NCBI RefSeq assembly: GCF_006345805.1
Contig: NW_021825769.1
Location: forward strand, 1-14,593
DNA: 14,593 nucleotides
Direction: 5' to 3'
Source: Octopus sinensis
Lineage: Eukaryota
In this document: one piece after another, positions 9,188-14,593 of the stretch
How the letters are laid out: each line of letters starts with the position of its first letter
Position numbering within the stretch: the first letter of the stretch is position 1
Translations under genes and position numbers: made by a program
Notes under the pieces: generated by a model
What the model saw: the letters and a program-made list of their open reading frames with translations, nothing else
Databases searched by the model: none
Told to the model about the DNA's origin: nothing

Positions 9188-9209
9188 CGTTTACAACAAT
9201 ATCAAATGA
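9188..9209 (-). CDS. candidate 22-nt micro-exon of an unidentified host gene
   Basis: Minus strand: acceptor ATTTTACAG|, donor ACG|GTGAGT. Only frame 0 is open (SFDIVVN+G). A 90-nt GT-AG intron separates it from the 9097 exon. Confidence 0.3.
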
Positions 9210-9384
9210 CTGTAAAATACTCTGGACTAGGCCCAGTATAATGAATTATATTTTGTGGGAAAGGAGTGTAAGGAGTAGAATCAATAGAGCACGGGACATA
9301 TTTTGTCGAAGAAAATTAATAAAAACTAAAAAATATATGAAAAATTATGGTTGTTGCACTTTAAATTTACAACAACATTGATCA

Positions 9385-9552
9385 AGCTGGCATATGTTCA
9401 AAGGTATTTCAAGTTAATCATCTATTGTTCAGGACAAACAGAGCTATATTATCTAATGTATTCTTTCTCTATTTAAGGCAGTCAGGAGTGATTCGAGAGA
9501 AATTTAGCTGCTCTATCTAGCAGATGGTGTGATCATATAGAATTCTCCTCGC
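9385..9552 (+). repeat. probable old interspersed repeat remnant
   Basis: TATGTTCAAAGGTATTTCAAG resembles TTATGATCAAAGATATTCCAG (1441) and TTATGATCAAAGG (10741). GATTCGAGAGAAATTTAGCTGCTCTATCTAGCAG resembles an octopus repeat motif as recalled, not searched. Confidence 0.35.
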
Positions 9553-9717
9553 AAACTGACGTCAGTTGTATTTGATATCAGAAAGATAAAGCTCAGTGGA
9601 ATATTATAAACAGTTGGTCAGTTAGTCAAACGAACAAGTGTGTTAGCCAGAGACTCCTGACAATATTATTTTCTTATCTTTGGCTTCAAGAAGTGCGTTG
9701 TAGAATGAAGTGATCCA

Positions 9718-9949
9718 AGGCTGCGAGCTGGCAGAAACCTTAGCACGCCAGGCGAAATGCGTAGCCGTATTTCGTCTGCCGTTACGTTCTGAGTTCAAAT
9801 TCCGCCGAGGTCGACTTTGCCTTTCATCCTTTCGGGGTCGATAAATTAAGTACCAGTAACGCACTGGGGTCGATATAATCGACTTAATCCGTTTGTCTGT
9901 CTTTGTTTGTCCCCTCTGTGTGTAGCTCCATGTGGGCAGTAAAGAAATA
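9718..9949 (+). mobile_element. full-length family B SINE (tail X) with 16-bp target-site duplication
   Basis: Exact TSD AGAATGAAGTGATCCA at 9702-9717 and 9950-9965. Head GAGCTGGCAGAA, B-box GAGTTCAAATTCC, hairpin GTCGATATAATCGAC, A-rich end GTAAAGAAATA. Confidence 0.95.
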
Positions 9950-10186
9950 AGAATGAAGTGATCCAGTTCATGAATGCTCCTTTTTACTAGTTTTATCTAA
10001 ACCAGAGAAAAGAAAAAGGTGGGGAGTTATCCCGATTAAATTTTAACTGCCAAAACGCTTAAGCTTCTCCTTTCGCTCTGATAGTTTCTGCCTACCATGC
10101 AGTCAGCTCTGGACAAGACGAAATAATTTCTGGCACAAAGCCGGAATTCTAGCGCGTGTACACAGTCAATTAACGCGATCATAGAA

Positions 10187-10260
10187 TATTTTATCGACTC
10201 CTGAAGGATGAAAGCATTTTCGGCTCCTGTAGGACTTCACCTCAGAATAAAAAGGAACGT
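10187..10260 (-). mobile_element. degenerate family B SINE body fragment
   Basis: TTTTATCGACTCCTGAAGGATGAAAG...CCTCAGAA aligns to the reverse complement of the family B body (TTTATCGACCCCGAAAGGATGAAAG...ACTCAGAA). Confidence 0.55.
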
Positions 10261-10527
10261 AGTTATGTAGAACGAATGTTTTAGTTCGCCACTCTACCGA
10301 ATCTACTTGCAATAACTGAGTTATATCTTTTGGTGCGAATACACACATTTTTGAGATTACGAATGTTTGAGCTTATAAATTTTTGTGTTTATGAATTTTT
10401 GTGTCTCCGTTGGAGGTACTGTTAATTTAATAATCAAGACCACTTCTTGAATGGTAATTACTTTATTATAATCTACTGACTAGAAAAGTAGGTCACGGTT
10501 TTATTTGAATTCATAAAGATGTCTGGA

Positions 10528-10690
10528 AGCAAACATAACGGAATGGTTAAGACGTTTACTTCGCATTCATTTCATTCCCGGTTCGATTTCACCGTGCAGC
10601 ACATTGGAAGAATGTCTTCTACCATATTCTCTGATCACCCAAGCATTGTGTGAGAAAATGGGGAGATAGAAATTATATGAAAACCCGTTG
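10528..10690 (+). mobile_element. old family A-like SINE (head plus CORE-like region)
   Basis: A-box-like GGAATGGTTAAG and B-box GGTTCGATTTC. GCACATTGGAAGAATGTCTTCTACCATA aligns to GCACCTTGGGCAAGTGTCTTCTACTATA. Confidence 0.6.
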
Positions 10691-10918
10691 GAAATAGAAT
10701 CTGTTGTTATTTGCCTCGCTTCAGTACTGATGAAGCAGAATTATGATCAAAGGTTTTACATCAGGGAATGTATTGTCTACTTTATTCTCTGCAAAGAACT
10801 CAGACAGGTAAGGTATTCTTTGACGATGTCTGATCAGCTTGAAATAGCAGATCAAGCACATTTATGATAGTCCTTACTTGGTTCTTCTGTATTTATATAT
10901 CTCCAGAGGAGACATCAT

Positions 10919-11055
10919 TTAGCACTTGAGTGGTTTCAGTGGAGTTCTTTCATTTGCAAATATTTGGTCCAGGGTCTCCGTTCTCTTGTCTGATAAAGTA
11001 ATTTGAGTGGCAAAGCAGGAATTGTTCCTCTCTCCGTCTCCAACGTCACCAGTTA
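10919..11055 (-). CDS. candidate terminal coding exon of an unidentified host gene
   Basis: Strong minus-strand acceptor with two long T runs ending TTTTTTTTCAG| at 11056. The only frame open from the acceptor reads TGDVGDGERNNSCFATQITLSDKRTETLDQIFANERTPLKPLKC* (stop 10921-10919). About 44% GC against AT-richer flanks; AATAAA at 10786-10781. No family recognised. Confidence 0.35.
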
Positions 11056-11319
11056 CTGAAAAAAAAAAGCCAGATAAAAAAAAAGTATTTACGTGCTGAT
11101 CAACCCACTGACTTCTTTGGAGTTACTAGAGTGCCCCGAGTAAAAAGAAGCAAGCAAAAAAAAAAACAACTAATATTTGGTCATTAAGCACAGAACTGTT
11201 TTTATTTGGATAGCACTACATTTTAGACAAAACATTCTATTTATTTACGTCAAAGAGATATTGAACAGGTAAATAATTCGGTCAAAATATGAGAATATCC
11301 GTGTTCATGTTCCGACACA

Positions 11320-11452
11320 CAGACAGACAGACGCAGGCACACATGTATACCTTTCCATACATAAATAATTACATATATACACACATACACATATCTATCT
11401 ATCTATCTATCTGTCTGTCTGTTGTCTGTCTATCTATCTATCTATCTATATA

Positions 11453-11485
<33 letters not shown>

Positions 11486-11555
11486 ATATAATAATATATA
11501 TAATATATATATATATATATATTATATGTTTAAATGTGTATTTATGTGTGTGAGT

Positions 11556-11600
<45 letters not shown>
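11320..11600. repeat. compound (CAGA)/(TATC)/(TA)n microsatellite tract
   Basis: Directly visible. Confidence 0.9.
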
Positions 11601-11604
<4 letters not shown>

Positions 11605-12179
11605 GACACAATGCGTCCCGAAAGAAACGCCCAGAGTTGTCCAATTGTCATCTATTGTATTGATTAAACAAATACCTGCAAAATAATTGAAAAATCGGTC
11701 ATACACACACACACGCCCCACACAAACACAGATATATCAACAGAGAAACCCACAAGCATATGTAGCAAATACAAATTATATGTGCGTGTGCATGCATGCG
11801 TGTGGCGTGCGAATTTGTTTGTATAACTGTATATATATGTTTGTGTGAATAAGCAGGTATGGTTAGTTAAGTTCATAAAAAGGTACGAAAAGGCCATTTA
11901 TTGAATAGAAGAAAGAAAACGATAGTTCGAAGATCCAATAAGGGCGGGTAGGTAATAGAGGGAGTGAGGTAGGCGTGGGAATAAACTGTCATGCCCTTGA
12001 CGAATGCAGTAGCAGTTTTACAATTTTATGATTTGCAGTTCACCGATTTTCTTCTTTTCACTCAGGATTTTAACCCAGTTTTTTAACCGGACTTGTAAGA
12101 AGCGCTCAATTTACTCTATCACCTTTTGAAGTACTTGAAAAACCCACTGCATATTTGTTATTTATTTATCTGTCTGTGC

Positions 12180-12227
12180 AGATATATATAAATAACTACA
12201 TACGTATATATATTTATAAATACACAT

Positions 12228-12258
<31 letters not shown>

Positions 12259-12350
12259 ATATATATATATATATACACACATACTCACATATATATATAT
12301 ATCTATATTTACACACGCGCGCACATACACACACACACACAAATATATAC
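12180..12350. repeat. (TA)n/(CA)n microsatellite tract
   Basis: Directly visible. Confidence 0.9.
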
Positions 12351-12351
12351 G

Positions 12352-12497
12352 TGCAGGCCAGGATGTATAGTAAGAAGCATGATTCCCAATCACATGGTTC
12401 CAGGTTCAGTCCCGCTGCGTGGTAGCAAGTGTCTTCTACTCTAGCTTTGGGTAGACCAAAACCTTGTGAATGTATCTGGTTGAGGGAAATTGAAAGA
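12352..12497 (+). mobile_element. family A SINE 5' part (head plus CORE-like), truncated at the Penelope junction
   Basis: CACATGGTTCCAGGTTCAGTCCCGCTGCGTGG...GCAAGTGTCTTCTACTCTAG...GACCAAAACCTTGTGA...GAAATTGAAAGA is colinear with 636-752. Confidence 0.85.
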
Positions 12498-12808
12498 CTA
12501 TTCTCACTGGCTCCTATCACCAATTCTTATCGCATCACCAACTCATTTACCTGCACATCCAGTAATGTTATCTACTATATCTCCTGCTCTTTCTGTCCTT
12601 CCTTGTACATTGGTCAAACGGGACGTCGCTTGGCTGACCGGTTCACTGAGGACCTCCATGACATCAGACAATGACACTCCCGTCTATATTCGGACTATCT
12701 CTGTATAGAGGCCATCATGACTCCCACCTTCGTCGTGAACAGTCATTAATTTTCTCCTATCATTCTATCTCTCCTTTCGGTCTCAATTGGTCAGCTCTCT
12801 TCATCTAA
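12498..12808 (+). pseudogene. Penelope-like element GIY-YIG (Uri) endonuclease C-terminal fragment
   Basis: FTCTSSNVIYYISCSFCPSLYIGQTGRRLADRFTEDLHDIR matches the PLE pattern C-x-S-x-N-V-I-Y...C-x2-C...Y-I-G-x-T-x-R-x-L-x2-R-F-x-E-H (here H changed to D). After deletions another frame reads FGLSLYRGHHDSHLRREQSLIFSYHSISPFGLNWSALFI*, with the RE...P-x-G-L-N terminus (stop 12806-08). Confidence 0.9.
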
Positions 12809-12809
12809 C

Positions 12810-14050
12810 ACCAATCCCACACAGATTCCCACACACCTACCACATGCAACTGCCCTTCCTCTCCACCCCACACATACACACCGTTCAACTCGGTATCCTC
12901 ACCACACAGACCACTATACAAACAGCCATACACACCATTCAACACAGTACTCACATCATACATCATTACGCATAAACCCACACACACCTTCCCACTTCAT
13001 ACAAACTCGCATCCAACACCTCTCAGTACCCAACCCACACACCATTATCCAAACACACACACACTCTTCAATATCGGCACCACACACACACCACTATACA
13101 AACATCCCCACACCCTGTACAACTCAGTATACACACCACACACCCTTATGCACACACCACACCCTCACCCACCCCATCCCACCCCCACACACATTCACAT
13201 GTACATGCATTCACACACACTTTCCCACACCACATATGCTAGCACCCAAACCTGCCTGTCTCCACCTCCCTTCACCTCATCCCACCTCCCCTCGCTCCCT
13301 CTCACCTCTCCTATCTCACTCCCCTTCACCTCTGTTCCACTTCCTCTTACCCCAGGCCATCACCTCTAACCTCTACCCCACCTCACTTCAGCACTATCCC
13401 ATCTCATACCTCTATGCATTTCCCCCCACAACACGTAGTATTCACACCAAAAAGCACAAAACGCCTGTACACAGAATATACACATACACACGCACCACGC
13501 ATAAACACATACAAATTTTGCACACAAGTACACGATATACAGACACACAGACTTTAGTGTCACATACACACACATACACACACAAACGAGCACACACCAC
13601 CTGAAGAAGCACACAACAGCTGGCAAACACAAGCGTTTGCACACGCACACACACATACACACACACAAACAAACAAACAAACACTCGCCAAACATATTCA
13701 CACGTCCATATGCACACATACACAAACACACAAATACACAAAACGCACATCACTCCACACAACACATACACTAGGTTATTTGTACACACCACACATACAC
13801 AGGCCCATGGGTTTGCATACGCACATGATAACCCCACACATATGCACACAGCTCCAGATGTACATACACACATACACATCAGTACATGAAACGCACATCA
13901 ATCTACATAACGTACGCACTGGGTTACCTATACACAAACACACACACAAGCCCACACAATTTTAAGCTCTCCCACACATACTTACTCACGCACACGCCCC
14001 CATTCACACACACTCACACACACAAATTCTCACATACACGGACGCACTTC
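12810..14050 (+). repeat. strand-asymmetric C/A-rich low-complexity spacer with degenerate ~55-bp repeats
   Basis: Very G-poor plus strand. TTCAAC(T/A)C(A/G)GTA-like motifs recur at 12884, 12938, 13067 and 13118, and CCACTATACAAACA occurs exactly at 12911 and 13091. Confidence 0.75.
13162..13186 (-). other. G-quadruplex motif (minus strand) / i-motif (plus strand)
   Basis: Five C-tracts CCC-TCA-CCC-A-CCCC-AT-CCC-A-CCCCC. Motif only. Confidence 0.45.
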
Positions 14051-14121
14051 TGCACAGTAGTTCATCCGGGTCATAGTTATTATCTCCCTTTCATTCAACC
14101 TCTTTCTTCTGGCCATCTCAT

Positions 14122-14314
14122 CATGTTGAACCGTTAGACCCTGCACATTTTTCTCTCTCCACTTTTCTTCTTTCTCTCTGTTTTTTTTAAAAAATTGTTT
14201 ACTTAATCTTTACTGTCGAAGAGCGTAGGCTCGAAACTTCAAAGACTTTTCCATTTTTCCCCAGCATTAAACTAATACACCTACTTGTTGCTCTTGTCTT
14301 CGTCTTTTGTTTTA
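14122..14314 (+). repeat. Penelope terminal repeat (pLTR-like) unit 1
   Basis: CATGTTGA...CTGCAC...TCTTT-CTGTYGAAGAGCGTAGGCTCGAAAC...ACTAATACA...CTTCGTCTTTTGTTT is shared colinearly with unit 2. The unit ends in (TA)n. Confidence 0.8.
14207..14245 (+). ncRNA. minimal type I hammerhead-ribozyme-like motif, copy 1 (degenerate)
   Basis: Stem I TCTTT/AAAGA with an extra A before C3; core CTGTCGA+A; stem II GAGC-GTAG-GCTC; GAAA; stem III ACTT (palindrome broken). Predicted cleavage after C14240. Confidence 0.55.
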
Positions 14315-14334
14315 TATATATATATATATATCGC

Positions 14335-14540
14335 CATGTTGATTCGCTAGCCTCTGCACGCATTTTTTTTCTCTCCTTGTTTCTTTCTGTGTTTCTTTTC
14401 TGTGTATCTTTCTGTTGAAGAGCGTAGGCTCGAAACGTAAAAGACATGTTTTATTTATATTCCTGAGCGCCATACTAATACAATTGTTTGTTTGTATTCA
14501 CCTGCCTTCGTCTTTTGTTTATTTTCATAAAGATTCCCGT
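14335..14540 (+). repeat. Penelope terminal repeat (pLTR-like) unit 2
   Basis: Diverged direct repeat of 14122-14314, ending in (TA)n. Confidence 0.8.
14407..14444 (+). ncRNA. minimal type I hammerhead-ribozyme-like motif, copy 2
   Basis: Stem I TCTTT (14407-11) / AAAGA (14440-44); core C-U-G-U-U-G-A (14412-18) plus an inserted A; stem II GAGC/GCTC with GTAG loop; GAAA; loop-less palindromic stem III ACGT. GUA cleavage triplet with the cut after A14439. Confidence 0.7.

Positions 14541-14593
<53 letters not shown>
14541..14593. repeat. (TA)n microsatellite
   Basis: Directly visible; runs off the window end. Confidence 0.95.

Larger units (their letters stand above)
12498..14540 (+). mobile_element. 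Penelope-like retroelement 3' remnant (GIY-YIG end, CA-rich spacer, two terminal repeats with hammerhead-like motifs)
   Basis: The GIY-YIG fragment and the hammerhead-bearing tandem repeats are on the same strand, which is the established PLE architecture. That the whole interval is one element is inference. Confidence 0.65.

Noticed and set aside
10727-10760. CTGATGA hammerhead core motif (also CTGATGA at 8701 and CTGAAGA at 13601)
   Set aside because: No stem II followed by GAAA and no NUH or stem I pairing nearby.
11942-11979. G-rich stretch as a G-quadruplex
   Set aside because: Loops of 11 and 14 nt between G3 tracts make it a weak candidate.
10725-12094. Plus-strand exon-like segments (10725-10807, 11227-11268, 12066-12094) with AG/GT boundaries
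   Set aside because: The first overlaps probable old repeat sequence, the peptides are unrecognisable and the chain is not convincingly in phase. Their presence shows how easily such signals arise here.
12787-14137. Long overlapping ORFs in the C/A-rich tract (for example 13236-13604, 13442-13879)
   Set aside because: Low-complexity sequence lacking stop codons by composition. The His/Thr- or Cys/Val-rich products are artefacts.

Overview
This is AT-rich eukaryotic intronic or intergenic DNA. The SINE repertoire, mariner elements and microsatellite load look like a coleoid cephalopod, most likely Octopus; that is inferred from recalled repeat motifs, not from a search. No intact protein-coding gene is evident, and most listed ORFs are microsatellite read-throughs. 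About a dozen tRNA-derived SINE copies or fragments fall into at least three modular families, including a head-to-tail multimer (7178-7612) and a full-length copy with a 16-bp target-site duplication (9718-9949). DNA transposons are a near full-length but dead DD34D mariner (5737-6998), an internally deleted mariner with 30-bp TIRs (7840-8406), and a 277-bp TA-flanked fold-back MITE with 86-bp TIRs (3696-3972). A Penelope-like retroelement remnant begins with a GIY-YIG endonuclease fragment (12498-12808) and ends in two tandem terminal repeats. Each repeat carries a minimal type I hammerhead-ribozyme-like motif with a non-canonical core (CUG-U-Y-GA instead of CUG-A-N-GA), with predicted cleavage sites 199 nt apart. 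This ribozyme pair is the most interesting signal. Weak minus-strand exon candidates exist at 10919-11055, 9188-9209 and 9060-9097.
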